Shown: positions 1 to 9,731 of the stretch, piece by piece
Position numbering within the stretch: the first letter of the stretch is position 1
How the letters are laid out: every line of letters starts with the position of its first letter
From: an uncultured bacterium
GTDB lineage: Bacteria > Hydrothermota > UBA3072
Direction: 5' to 3'
DNA length: 64,000 nt
Assembly (NCBI GenBank): GCA_964476585.1
Contig: CAYZBF010000005.1
Location: 15,882 to 79,881 of the forward strand
The notes under the pieces: model-generated
The model's input: the letters and a program-made list of their open reading frames with translations, nothing else
Told to the model about the DNA's origin: nothing
Databases searched by the model: none
Position numbers and translations under genes: made by a program

Positions 1-37
1 ACTATTTAAGGCGGTATAAAAACCAAAGGAGGAAATA

Positions 38-577
38 ATGAAAAAGCCTGGATGGATTACAGTTGTAGGTGTTATTGGCCTCATAATAGGTTTTTTTGGT
101 ATACTTGGGACCGGAAAGTCTATTGTAATGCCCAGAGTGATAGAGTTCCAAAAAGAGGTGCTTTCTAATGTCGAAAAAGCATATGATGAAGGTTGGAGGG
201 GTGTTGAGGATTTTCCCCCAGAGGAATTTATTGAGATAGGAGCTAAACTCTTGGATCTACCGGATTGGTTTTATACGTGGAGTATTGTGTTTGGACTTAT
301 TGGTTTTTTCGTTTACGGATACTATCTATTTACTTCAATCTGGCTCCTTTTAATTAAGAAGTCTGCTGTCCGTTTGTTTTATATTGCAATCGCTTTGAGT
401 ATTTGTTTTTCTCTTTTAAGAACAGTGGTTGCAAGCTTTACTAATTCGCTCATCGGATTCTTCCTTATGGCAGGTAGTTCATTTGTGCTGGCTGTAAATA
501 TTGTTCTATTAATTGTAGTTGCAGCGAGTGACAAACGGGTTTTTGCTACGGTCGAGGCGCAAGGTAGAAAAAAATAA
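38..577 (+). CDS. Hypothetical integral membrane protein (about 5 TM helices)
   Basis: AAGGAGG RBS 8-14 nt upstream of the ATG; hydrophobic helical segments throughout; no recognisable motif. Confidence 0.55.
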   Translation: MKKPGWITVVGVIGLIIGFFGILGTGKSIVMPRVIEFQKEVLSNVEKAYDEGWRGVEDFPPEEFIEIGAKLLDLPDWFYTWSIVFGLIGFFVYGYYLFTSIWLLLIKKSAVRLFYIAIALSICFSLLRTVVASFTNSLIGFFLMAGSSFVLAVNIVLLIVVAASDKRVFATVEAQGRKK

Positions 578-802
578 AGGGTTTTTATTCGCATCAGATA
601 TTGATGCTGTGACATTAGTTTAATCTCTTCACGGTATTTTTTAGAATAATATACTTAGCATTTCAATAATGGACTTCTTGTTCTTATTGGGAATGTAGAA
701 TGGTAATATAAGTAAGTATTATAAGGATAGATTTTTGCCTATCGGCTGAAGTAATGTAATGAAATTGCATCCTCGCGGGTTCAACAGTGCCTGAAAGCGG
801 AG

Positions 803-1027
803 GTGAACCATGTCTTGGGTAAGATACAGCACAATGACTTGGTTTTAGAACTAGGATGTGGTTACGGAAGAATACTCCCCAAGCTTGCTAAAAAAGCCGG
901 ATGGGTTATTGGGATTGATATCTCCCTTTCCAGCTTGTTACTCGCGCGGGAAGTGTTAGAGGATTTTTCAAATTGCTTCCTTCTGAGAATGAATGCGATC
1001 CGACTCGCCTTCCATAAAGTACAATAA
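803..1027 (+). pseudogene. Class I SAM-dependent methyltransferase fragment (motif I only), probably a gene remnant
   Basis: 74 aa ORF with VLELGCGYGRILPKLAKKAGWVIGIDIS, the GxGxG SAM-binding motif and acidic loop, but it stops after about 70 residues; no RBS. Confidence 0.4.
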
Positions 1028-1193
1028 AAGCAGTTCATTCCTGGTAAAGTAGTAATTCTTAGATATGATTACAACAATAGATATAAGTAAAATGCTCGAG
1101 TTACTCAATGCTAAATAGCGATCATGAATGAAAGCATTTTTAGTGTTGACACTCAGAATTTTTTCTTTATGCTTGATTTAAAGAGGAGGGAAT

Positions 1194-1547
1194 ATGGTTA
1201 ATCCTAAAAGAATATTGATAGCGACTATTTTTGGGTTAATTTTTGGATTTGTTTGTTGGGGACTTGCTGCATCAGGTGAGGCACCAATGCCCTGGTTTGG
1301 TGCCGTTACAATCATCTTCAGCCGGACACTTATAGGTTTTGCAATAGGAATAAGTGTTTTTAAGATGAAGTGGTGGCTTCATGGTATCATTCTTGGCACC
1401 ATATTTAGCATACCGATGGCATTCAATGTTCTCTATTCTCCACAAAATGCAATATATATCTTTATCGGGACGATAATTTTGGGCGCTATCTATGGATTGC
1501 TGATTGAGCTATTTACTACAATTGTATTTAGACAAGGAGTAGAATAG
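1194..1547 (+). CDS. Hypothetical small membrane protein (3-4 TM)
   Basis: AGAGGAGGG RBS upstream; possible TTGACA -35 at about 1148; hydrophobic throughout. Confidence 0.55.
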   Translation: MVNPKRILIATIFGLIFGFVCWGLAASGEAPMPWFGAVTIIFSRTLIGFAIGISVFKMKWWLHGIILGTIFSIPMAFNVLYSPQNAIYIFIGTIILGAIYGLLIELFTTIVFRQGVE

Positions 1548-1734
1548 GAGAGGTAAAAGAAGCATAAACTTTCAAAAATTTAGTTTGTCACTGGGAATTC
1601 TATCAAATACCATTTGATAAATTTATATCTTTACTTATAATCTTTATCCACTAAAATATATTAAAATTAAAGGTTGTCCCAAGGTTGTATGATGATTATA
1701 AAAGAACCAATTTTGGACATAATGACCTTCAGCA

Positions 1735-1990
1735 GCAATGTTCGGACTTCCGTCCGATAAAGCCATGGTCAAATTCCCCAGCGAGGAATTTGCCATTCGC
1801 TCTCTCAGGCTCGCTCTCCTTGGAATACAAGTATTCCAAGCAACCATGCCCGCTTGCCTTCCGAGGGCGCTTTCCTGGACGGAAGCCCTCACCTACAAGA
1901 AGATTATTTGGTCTTTTAACCGAATGGGAGAGGGGGTTAGATCCCGTGTCAACCAACTTTGGGACAACGCCTAAAATTAATAGTATAGTC
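1735..1990. ncRNA. Candidate structured non-coding RNA, class not identified
   Basis: Local GC about 50% against about 38% background. Four mutually overlapping ORFs on both strands with R/P/S-rich, non-protein-like translations. 11/12 bp long-range helix, GGACTTCCGTCC (1752-1763) with GGACGGAAGCCC (1877-1888). Perfect 9-bp hairpin CTTGGAATA-caag-TATTCCAAG (about 1829-1850). Strand not determined. Confidence 0.35.
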
Positions 1991-2715
1991 TATCATACAA
2001 CTAATCTAAATATCTTCCCAGCCTGAAGGCGAATAGCTTTTAGCTATAAATCATACTGACTCACGACTGATGACCCATGACTAAGCTATGGGCGGTGGCC
2101 ATGGTCGAAATTGACATTCATTTTTTATTGTTTATATTCAAAATAAGGAGGTGTTATATTAAAGTTAGGGGTAGAGCAGCACATATATTACAGCGATTTA
2201 TAAAAGAGGATTTCGGGGAAGATAGTTTTATCAGGTAGATAAATTCAATTTCTCAAGAAGCACGTAAGGTTTACTCTTCTCGTATAATTATAGAAAAGTG
2301 GTATTCCCTTATAAAGGTGATTGAAGAACCTACTAGAAAGATGTGTGAGGTGTTTTACGAGGGTGATCTAAAGGGAGCCTGGGAGGTAAGTAAATTTAGT
2401 GCCAAGTGGTTATGAATGAGAAAGACAAAGCCATTCTTAGGATGACTGAATTCCCAGAGGCAACTGATATTGTTGAGTATCGTATTTTGGGCTGGATGGA
2501 ACGTTCATTAGAAATTTGAGGGTGCAGGAATATAAAGATTGTTATCACGAAATCGCTAACCAGAGGGGATCCTTATACTGAATTTTCAGGGAGCTGGGAA
2601 TATTAGTGTGAGAAGATTGTCATATGTTGATTCCTCTTTAGCGCGCTAGGTTTCATCTGAGGAAGTGTAGATTTCTTTGACTTGACATATCCAGGGTTAA
2701 TTCTAATATGGTTAT

Positions 2716-3000
2716 ATGGATATAGTAGTTGAAGTAGTCGAGATAAAAGGGAATTGCCCGGTTTATGCCATCGGGGATACATTCTTACTTATAGATGGTT
2801 ATAAACTTAAAAGTCCGAAACCTATCTGTATGCATTCCCTTGCATCTCTCTTGTCATATTATAATGCACTTTCACGCGGTATAAAGCCGGAAGATCTGGG
2901 ATTGGGAAAAGAAGGGAAGGCATATCTGCAGTGTCTTGATCCAATGATACGCACTGGAGGTGGAACTGTGACTTTCTCGGTATATAGAAGAGATGAATAA
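2716..3000 (+). CDS. Small conserved cysteine-containing protein, resembling the TIGR04076 family (conserved hypothetical)
   Basis: 94 aa; motifs KGNCPVYAIGDTF, ICMHSLASLLSYYNALSRG, GGGTVTFSV recalled as typical of a small family in anaerobes; overlaps rpe start by 8 nt. Confidence 0.5.
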   Translation: MDIVVEVVEIKGNCPVYAIGDTFLLIDGYKLKSPKPICMHSLASLLSYYNALSRGIKPEDLGLGKEGKAYLQCLDPMIRTGGGTVTFSVYRRDE

Positions 3001-3643
3001 AAGGATTCGGGTTTCTCCTTCTATTCTCTCTGCTGATTTTTCCTGTCTCCGTGAGGAAATAAAGAGTGTAGAGGAGGCAGGTGCTGACGAGCTTCACCTG
3101 GATGTAATGGATGGACACTTCGTCCCGAATATAACCTTTGGCCCGTTTATCGTAAGAGCAATAAAAAAGATCACAGATCTTCCACTATCTGCTCATCTCA
3201 TGATAACATATCCAGAAAAATACATCGAAGAGTTCATCAATGCCGGTTGTTCTGCAATAAGTTTTCATCTTGAGACTGAAGGAGATCCTATTCCAATTAT
3301 TGAAACAATTCGTAAGAACAAAGTAGAGGCAGGATTGGTAATTAATCCTAATACACCGATTAAAGCAGTAGAACGATATCTAGATAGAATTGATTTTGTG
3401 CTTGCGATGAGTGTGTATCCAGGCTTTGTAGCGCAGAAGTTTATATCGGATGTTATTCCTAAAATTAAGGAAGTTCGAAATCTTGCGCCTGAACTTGATA
3501 TAGCTGTTGACGGTGGTATAAATGATAGGACAGTTGATTCAGTGATTGAAGCAGGGGCAAATATAATTGTGTCAGCTTCATATATCTTTTCATCAGCTGA
3601 CAGAAAATACGCTATTCAGAGACTTCGTGGAAAGAGTGGTTGA
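2993..3643 (+). CDS. rpe: Ribulose-phosphate 3-epimerase
   Basis: SPSILSADFSCLREE...HLDVMDGHFVPNITFGP and a C-terminal DGGIN motif; about 216 aa. Confidence 0.9.
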   Translation: MNKRIRVSPSILSADFSCLREEIKSVEEAGADELHLDVMDGHFVPNITFGPFIVRAIKKITDLPLSAHLMITYPEKYIEEFINAGCSAISFHLETEGDPIPIIETIRKNKVEAGLVINPNTPIKAVERYLDRIDFVLAMSVYPGFVAQKFISDVIPKIKEVRNLAPELDIAVDGGINDRTVDSVIEAGANIIVSASYIFSSADRKYAIQRLRGKSG

Positions 3644-5150
3644 ACGCGTAACTATTCTGGATTTTGGTTCCCAGTATACTCATCTAATAGCAAGAAGAAT
3701 GCGTGAATTAAGAGTGCATACTGTGGTATATCCTTATAACGTTTTAGTAAATGAGATATCGGATTCTAAAGGTATAGTGCTCTCTGGTAGTCCTCGAAGT
3801 GTTTATGAGAAGGATGCTCCATTCCCTGACCTTAACATATTTGCTCTCGGGGTGCCTATACTGGGCATTTGCTATGGCCTCCAGGTAATAGGGAAGATAT
3901 TCGATGGTAAGGTAGCTTCATCAAAGGTTAGGGAGTATGGGAAGATGGAATTTCAGGTGAAGGATGATCCACTCTTCACTAACGTTTCTCGCAAAACAAT
4001 AGTCTGGATGAGTCATGGAGATAGGCTAAGTGAGTTACCTCCTGATTTCAAGGCGATAGGCAGCACCAGTAATTCGGAGTTTGCAGCGATAAGGTCTGGA
4101 AATATCTATGGTCTTCAATTTCATCCAGAGGTTACCCACACAGTGGAGGGTAAAAAGATTCTCGAGAATTTCCTTTATTCTATCTGTGGTGTAAAAGGTG
4201 AATGGGACCCTTTGTCTTTTGTTGATATAGCTAAAGATGAAATAATTTCAAAATGTCAGGATGGGAGGGTTGTGCTTGCATATAGCGGTGGTGTGGATTC
4301 TACAGTATGTTCTATTGTTGCAAGGGAAGTCCTTGGAGATAGATTTACGCCAATTTTTGTGGATACTGGTCTCATGAGAGATCACGAGGTTGATGAAATA
4401 AAGAAGGCCAGTGAAGAATTGCAGCTTGGCGTGAGGATACTAGACTCTGAGGAACGATTTCTAAGTGCTCTTGAGGGAATATATAATCCTGAGGAAAAGA
4501 GAATGATAATAGGAAAGGAATTTGCACATGTCTTTGAAGAGGAGGCAGTCGGGCTGAATGCAGAGTATCTAATCCAGGGTACACTTTATCCTGATAGGAT
4601 TGAGAGTGTAAGTGATGTAGGGCCATCTCATTTAATAAAGACACATCATAATGTTGGAGCAATGCCAAAAGATCTAAAGTTAGGGTTGGTTGAGCCTCTG
4701 AAAGATTTCTTCAAGGATGAAGTGAGGGAGATGGCAAGAGTCCTTAAGATTCCTAAAAGAATTTATGGAAGGCATCCATTCCCGGGTCCGGGATTGGCAG
4801 TCAGAATTCTCGGAGAGGTTACGAAAGAGAGATTGGAAATATTGAAGAAAGTGGACCATATATATGTTGAGACGCTGAAATCCTTAGGTCTTTATGATTC
4901 AATATGGCAAGCATTCGCAGTATTTATCCCCGTGAGAACCGTTGGAGTCATGGGTGATAAACGTACCTATGGGAATCTGATCGGACTCAAAGCCGTAGAT
5001 AGTGAGGATGGTATGACTGCAGATTGGCATCATTTCAAAAAGGAGAATATGAATCTCATTGTAAGGCGGATAATGAATGAGGTTGAAGGCGTGAACAGGG
5101 TAGTTTATGATGTGAGTTCCAAACCGCCTTCAACAATTGAATGGGAATAA
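3627..5150 (+). CDS. guaA: GMP synthase (glutamine-hydrolysing)
   Basis: N-terminal class I GATase (ILDFGSQYTHLIARRMREL, GICYG, HPEV); ATP-PPase P-loop LAYSGGVDSTV; C-terminus ends ...TIEWE. Start probably GTG at 3627 or 3636; the ORF-track ATG at 3567 would overlap rpe by 77 nt. Confidence 0.9.
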   Translation: MERVVERVTILDFGSQYTHLIARRMRELRVHTVVYPYNVLVNEISDSKGIVLSGSPRSVYEKDAPFPDLNIFALGVPILGICYGLQVIGKIFDGKVASSKVREYGKMEFQVKDDPLFTNVSRKTIVWMSHGDRLSELPPDFKAIGSTSNSEFAAIRSGNIYGLQFHPEVTHTVEGKKILENFLYSICGVKGEWDPLSFVDIAKDEIISKCQDGRVVLAYSGGVDSTVCSIVAREVLGDRFTPIFVDTGLMRDHEVDEIKKASEELQLGVRILDSEERFLSALEGIYNPEEKRMIIGKEFAHVFEEEAVGLNAEYLIQGTLYPDRIESVSDVGPSHLIKTHHNVGAMPKDLKLGLVEPLKDFFKDEVREMARVLKIPKRIYGRHPFPGPGLAVRILGEVTKERLEILKKVDHIYVETLKSLGLYDSIWQAFAVFIPVRTVGVMGDKRTYGNLIGLKAVDSEDGMTADWHHFKKENMNLIVRRIMNEVEGVNRVVYDVSSKPPSTIEWE

Positions 5151-6076
5151 TCCTTATTATTTTATCTTTTTCAGAAATCCTGCTTCCTTCTGGTGTTCGA
5201 ATAGTGATGGGAAAATCAAATCTACCTGCGCAAATATCGGTTGGGTTGGAAGTTAATCCGAGTATTTCTTTTTCTGAAAAAGCGAGGGGGCTATTTACTA
5301 AACGTGGTTATAATTATCTATATTTGAAGAATGCGGATTCTTTACCTCGCCTAAAGCAGTTTGCCCACCTACTCTCTAAAGATAGCCTTTTCTATATGGA
5401 CAAGGTTCAAACCCCTACAAATCTACTTCGTCTCGCACTCCTGGATTATGGAGGAAATATCTCACCCGTAGTTGATGTTACTGTGGGTTTTACGGGGAGA
5501 ATAGATGAAAATTATATTATTGATTTGTTTTCTCTTATCCCGGATTCCATCATTTCAAATGTCTCCAATTATTATACTTTAAGGCCATTGCAGGGTAAAC
5601 ATATATATTATGGGGATAAGGATTTTGTAGCTAATATCTCCCCTGCTCCACACGATAATGAATTCTTGCCATTTTTGATATGCCTTCAGATTATAGATAA
5701 TAGGGGTTTTAAGGTTCAATTTTCTCCAGAAACTGCTCCATCACCTTTCATTATAAACGACACAGGGTTCGATGTTGGATTGATTTTTAGCGAACCTGAA
5801 ACAGAGGAAATGAGAATAGGAGGAAATCAGGTGAAGGAATGGATGAGAATTGAGTTTAATAATTCCAATCGTTCCAGGATGCTGGTACTCATAACGGAGA
5901 TGGGGCTTAGTGAAGATGAATTTCTAAATTGGATGAAAGACCTACAATATTTGACTCTGGATCGATTAAAGGAAGTATGGGAACGCTATCTACTCGACGG
6001 CTTCGTCTCTTCTGGGTCTCCTGAGTTTTGTAATCTTCTCATTAAACTGTTTCCTGAAGCAGAGGTGATCAAGTGA
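5141..6076 (+). CDS. Hypothetical protein with N-terminal hydrophobic segment
   Basis: 311 aa ORF, start overlaps guaA stop, stop overlaps next gene by 4 nt (coupled); no recognisable domain. Confidence 0.5.
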   Translation: MGIILIILSFSEILLPSGVRIVMGKSNLPAQISVGLEVNPSISFSEKARGLFTKRGYNYLYLKNADSLPRLKQFAHLLSKDSLFYMDKVQTPTNLLRLALLDYGGNISPVVDVTVGFTGRIDENYIIDLFSLIPDSIISNVSNYYTLRPLQGKHIYYGDKDFVANISPAPHDNEFLPFLICLQIIDNRGFKVQFSPETAPSPFIINDTGFDVGLIFSEPETEEMRIGGNQVKEWMRIEFNNSNRSRMLVLITEMGLSEDEFLNWMKDLQYLTLDRLKEVWERYLLDGFVSSGSPEFCNLLIKLFPEAEVIK

Positions 6077-7644
6077 GGCTTCGACCTACCCAGTGGCTGG
6101 TTATTGCTTTTTTTTTACTCCTAATCTTCTATCCTGAGTTTCATTGCACAAAAAGAATTTCTCCTTTTGGTATATTGCTTTTAGACCGCTCGGAGTCAAT
6201 GAAAAGAGCTACCCTACCTAAAATAGATTCTCCTTTTCCCCTTAAAAGATTTGATTTTGGAAGTGAACACCATGGGACTGCAATAGGAGAGGGTTTGCTA
6301 CAGGCTAAAGACAGATATGAAGAAGCGAGTTTTATTCTACTCTATTCTGACGGCTCCAATACTGTAGGGGAAAATCCCATTGAGGCAGCTGCAGAGATTG
6401 GTATACCAGTTTATACAATGCACCCGAATATTACTTTGGATACTTCGGGTTATATTTCAGCGTTTGGTCCGGAGATTATCAAAGAAGGTGATAATGCAGT
6501 TTATAAGGTGCATTATCGAGTCTTGTGCCCTTCAACAATAAATGTGTTAGAAGAAGGCGTCTTAGATAAGAAAGAAGTAGAGGGAGAAGGGATGCTCGAG
6601 TTTGCCCTAAATCCTACTGCTGGAAGACACACTTTTGAATTCAATCTCTCAAAAGGAGACAGAATTATAGATAGAACCTACCGGAATCTCCTTGTGAAAA
6701 AAAGACCTCGAGTTCTAATCTATACCGGGAGTTTAGACTGGAACTATAAATTCTTTTACCGTTACTTCAAGGAACTTGGTTCCAATGTCAGTGGAGTGTG
6801 GAATAGGGATGATTTTGATTCCCCCTTTTCTGATTATGAGATTGTCTGTCTGATTAATCCGAAGATTATGGTAGAGGAGAAAATAGGAGATTATATAAAG
6901 AATGGTGGAAAAACAATAGTCGTCAATTCATCAATGCTTTCCACAGATTTTCTTCCCTTTATTGCTCCAACAATTACAACCGTCTCTTCGGAGCTGCCTA
7001 TTCATCACTATTTAAAGCCGACTGGGATTCGAAGGGGAAGTAGAAGTATTGATATCATGGGTGAAAAGTTAGTCTATATGCTGGATTATGGAGAAGGACA
7101 AGTAGCGCAGGTTGCCTGCCTAGATCCATGGAGACTGAGATTGGCTGGGGGGGGTGTGTATAAAAGGGATCTTTTTGGTGAAATGATGGATAAGCTATTA
7201 AAATATCTTACTCCAGCCAAATTAAATATTTCATATCCAGAACGCTTATTGGAAGGTGAAGAACTTAAGGTGACCTTCGAACCGATGAGCCCCGATTCCT
7301 TTATTTGGGATGGGCATGCACAATCCATTTTAGAAGATTACATCATTATTTCATCTCCAGAAAGGGGCATCCATCACTTTAAGGTAGTTTTCCCTTCTTC
7401 TACATTCATAGAATCTCTCAAAGTGATGAGTGGAAACAATGATGGAATGGGCGTTGATATCACAATGCTTGACGCTATAAGTAGTGGAAGTGGAGGTGGA
7501 AAATGGGAAGATGGTTTTGACCAATCACTCTTTGGATATAAGGAAAAAGAATTATATATAAATTTACGCCATAACTGGTTCTTCCTATCAATATTCTTTA
7601 TTATTCTGTTTTTTGATTGGTATCTATGGATGAGGGGGAAATGA
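6073..7644 (+). CDS. BatA-like membrane protein with a degenerate vWA/MIDAS domain
   Basis: N-terminal TM + ILLLDRSESM (DxSxS) ... GTAIGEGL ... LLYSDGSN, the MIDAS pattern of BatA-type vWA proteins; C-terminal TM. Confidence 0.55.
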   Translation: MRLRPTQWLVIAFFLLLIFYPEFHCTKRISPFGILLLDRSESMKRATLPKIDSPFPLKRFDFGSEHHGTAIGEGLLQAKDRYEEASFILLYSDGSNTVGENPIEAAAEIGIPVYTMHPNITLDTSGYISAFGPEIIKEGDNAVYKVHYRVLCPSTINVLEEGVLDKKEVEGEGMLEFALNPTAGRHTFEFNLSKGDRIIDRTYRNLLVKKRPRVLIYTGSLDWNYKFFYRYFKELGSNVSGVWNRDDFDSPFSDYEIVCLINPKIMVEEKIGDYIKNGGKTIVVNSSMLSTDFLPFIAPTITTVSSELPIHHYLKPTGIRRGSRSIDIMGEKLVYMLDYGEGQVAQVACLDPWRLRLAGGGVYKRDLFGEMMDKLLKYLTPAKLNISYPERLLEGEELKVTFEPMSPDSFIWDGHAQSILEDYIIISSPERGIHHFKVVFPSSTFIESLKVMSGNNDGMGVDITMLDAISSGSGGGKWEDGFDQSLFGYKEKELYINLRHNWFFLSIFFIILFFDWYLWMRGK

Positions 7645-7704
7645 TTTCTTTGATATTCAAAAAAGTACACTTGAAAAAAATTAACCAATCCATATATATA
7701 AGAA

Positions 7705-8871
7705 ATGGAATTTGATTTTATCGTTATAGGTGCAGGCCCTATAGGTTCCTACCTTTCAAAGCTACTTGCTAGTGATGGTTTTTCTGTAGCAATCTTTGAC
7801 AGAAAGCAAGAGGTAGGAAGAGATGTAGTCTGCAGTGGAATTATTGGGAGTGAGCCTTACCATGAATTCGATTTACCAAAGGATGCTATAATTAGCAGGA
7901 TTTCGGATGGCTCAATCTTCTCTCCGTCCATGATTCAATTCCAGTATTCAGAAGACCATCCATTTGCTTATATTGCTGACAGGGAAAAACTTGATAAAAT
8001 CCTATTTTCCAGAGCTATTAATGAAGGGGTTGAACCCTTCCTTGGTAATATGGTAACTGATTTAGAGAAGGAAAAGGGAAGAGTCTCATTGAAATACTTC
8101 AACCAGGGAGACATAAGGAAAATTAGCTCAAGGTGCATCATAATCGCCACAGGTTCCGATTTTGCGTTACACAGGAAAGCTGGGCTCATAGCACCCGAAA
8201 GATTCCTATGGGGAAGTAGGGTTGAATTGGATTATGAGATAAAGGGTCCACTGGAGATATATCTTCTCTGTAATCCTGATCTGGGATCCTTCGGGTGGGT
8301 AATACCGCTTAAGGACAAAACAAGGATAGGAACTGTATCAGAAGATTACGATCGGAATGCACTCCATCGCCTAATTCAAAAGACTAATGGGAGGTTCAAG
8401 CTCCAGGAAAACAGAATCGAAGGCGCGCCTATTGCCTATGGCGACTCAAAAAAAATGGTCAGCAAAAGAGTTATTGCAGTTGGTGAAGCGGCAGGACAGG
8501 TAAAGACTACTACTGGTGGTGGAATACATTATGGACTTATAGGTGCACAACTAGCCCATGATATCTTAAGAAAGTCAGCCTTAGAAGATGACTTTAGTGC
8601 AGATAGGCTTCTTGAGTATGAGAGAATGTGGAGAATTAAAATGGGACACGAGATAAAAGCAGGTATGGTTCTGAGGAACTTGATTTCTAAGGTGCCGTCA
8701 AAAACAGTTGATGTAGTATTTAAGTGGGCAAGGGAAGATTCTGCAATCAAGGAGGATGTTAAGCAGATATTTTCCTTTGATTATCACAAGAATATAATAG
8801 ATTTCGGAGTAAAGCTAATATTGGGTAGAAATACCTTACGTCGTTCTAAATTCAGTTTATTTCCTTTTTAA
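7705..8871 (+). CDS. Geranylgeranyl reductase family FAD-dependent oxidoreductase
   Basis: N-terminal FAD fold FDFIVIGAGPIGSYL...VAIFDRK; overall GGR/ChlP-like arrangement including GEAAGQVKTTTGGGIHYG. Confidence 0.7.
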   Translation: MEFDFIVIGAGPIGSYLSKLLASDGFSVAIFDRKQEVGRDVVCSGIIGSEPYHEFDLPKDAIISRISDGSIFSPSMIQFQYSEDHPFAYIADREKLDKILFSRAINEGVEPFLGNMVTDLEKEKGRVSLKYFNQGDIRKISSRCIIIATGSDFALHRKAGLIAPERFLWGSRVELDYEIKGPLEIYLLCNPDLGSFGWVIPLKDKTRIGTVSEDYDRNALHRLIQKTNGRFKLQENRIEGAPIAYGDSKKMVSKRVIAVGEAAGQVKTTTGGGIHYGLIGAQLAHDILRKSALEDDFSADRLLEYERMWRIKMGHEIKAGMVLRNLISKVPSKTVDVVFKWAREDSAIKEDVKQIFSFDYHKNIIDFGVKLILGRNTLRRSKFSLFPF

Positions 8872-9731
8872 CTATTAATTGACTCTTTTATCCTTACCTC
8901 AATATTATCTATAAGTCTTGCCTTTCCAATCCAGACAGCTTCAAGTACTCTTGTTGGGCCTTTGATGGTGGATACCCTCTTTAAGTTAACCGGGTCAACA
9001 AATTCAATGTAATCTATCCTGGGATATTTCTTTGATTCAATAAGCTTAACCATTTCTTTTTTTATACTTCGGACGTCCTCTACTCCTCTTTGAACTAAAT
9101 CCTTTGCCTTTCTCATTGATTCATAAAGGACAGTTGCTTCTTTCCTTTCATCGAATGTGAGATATCTATTTCTTGAACTTATAGCAAGTCCGTCCGCCTC
9201 CCTCTTGATAGGCGAGGGTATAATCTCAATAGGTAGATTCAAATCCTCACACATTCTCTTTATGATGATATACTGCTGATAATCCTTTTCGCCGAAGACA
9301 GCGATATTGGGAAGTATAATGTTAAGTAGTTTAAGAACAACTGTTGATACACCGCGAAAAAAGGTCGGACGGCTCCTACCACAATATTCCTTGGAGAGTT
9401 TTTCTACTGTGACATAGGTTTCGTAATCATCGGGATACATCTCCTTGGCATCTGGGATAAAGATGGCATCCACTTTTTCTTCCTTTAGTAATTTTAGGTC
9501 GTGCTCTTCATCCCTGGGATATTCATTATAATCTTCATTGGGTGAAAATTGAGTGGGGTTGACAAAAATTGAAATAACTACTTTGTCTGCATGTTCCTTT
9601 GCTTTACCAATGAGACTTACGTGCCCTTCATGAAGAAAACCCATTGTTGGGACAAGACCAATTTTCAAGCCTTTGGAACGCTCCTTTTGTGACCATTGGC
9701 TTTGTTTTTTGATATTTCTCGTAATAATCAC
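8868..9731 (-). CDS. panC: Pantoate--beta-alanine ligase
   Basis: LKIGLVPTMGFLHEGHVSLI HIGH-type motif; about 287 aa; ATGA-coupled to the upstream dNK gene. Confidence 0.9.
   Translation of the reverse strand: MIITRNIKKQSQWSQKERSKGLKIGLVPTMGFLHEGHVSLIGKAKEHADKVVISIFVNPTQFSPNEDYNEYPRDEEHDLKLLKEEKVDAIFIPDAKEMYPDDYETYVTVEKLSKEYCGRSRPTFFRGVSTVVLKLLNIILPNIAVFGEKDYQQYIIIKRMCEDLNLPIEIIPSPIKREADGLAISSRNRYLTFDERKEATVLYESMRKAKDLVQRGVEDVRSIKKEMVKLIESKKYPRIDYIEFVDPVNLKRVSTIKGPTRVLEAVWIGKARLIDNIEVRIKESINS

Noticed and set aside
1735-1990. Identity as RNase P RNA or tmRNA
   Set aside because: No GGAAAGUCC P4 strand or ACAGAA.CCGGCUUA; no tRNA-like T-arm/CCA end or in-frame tag peptide (ANDENYALAA-like). 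Too short for RNase P.
1644-2026. Four ORFs of 75-113 aa on both strands (1644-1892 -, 1685-2026 +, 1729-1956 -, 1738-1974 +)
   Set aside because: They overlap one another, lack an RBS, and have R/P/S-rich low-complexity translations. The open frames are explained as artefacts of a GC-rich structured RNA, not as proteins.
2822-3118. 98-aa minus-strand ORF
   Set aside because: It is antisense to the TIGR04076-like gene and rpe start. No support.
4372-4668. 98-aa minus-strand ORF inside guaA
   Set aside because: It is antisense to a highly conserved GMP synthase region.
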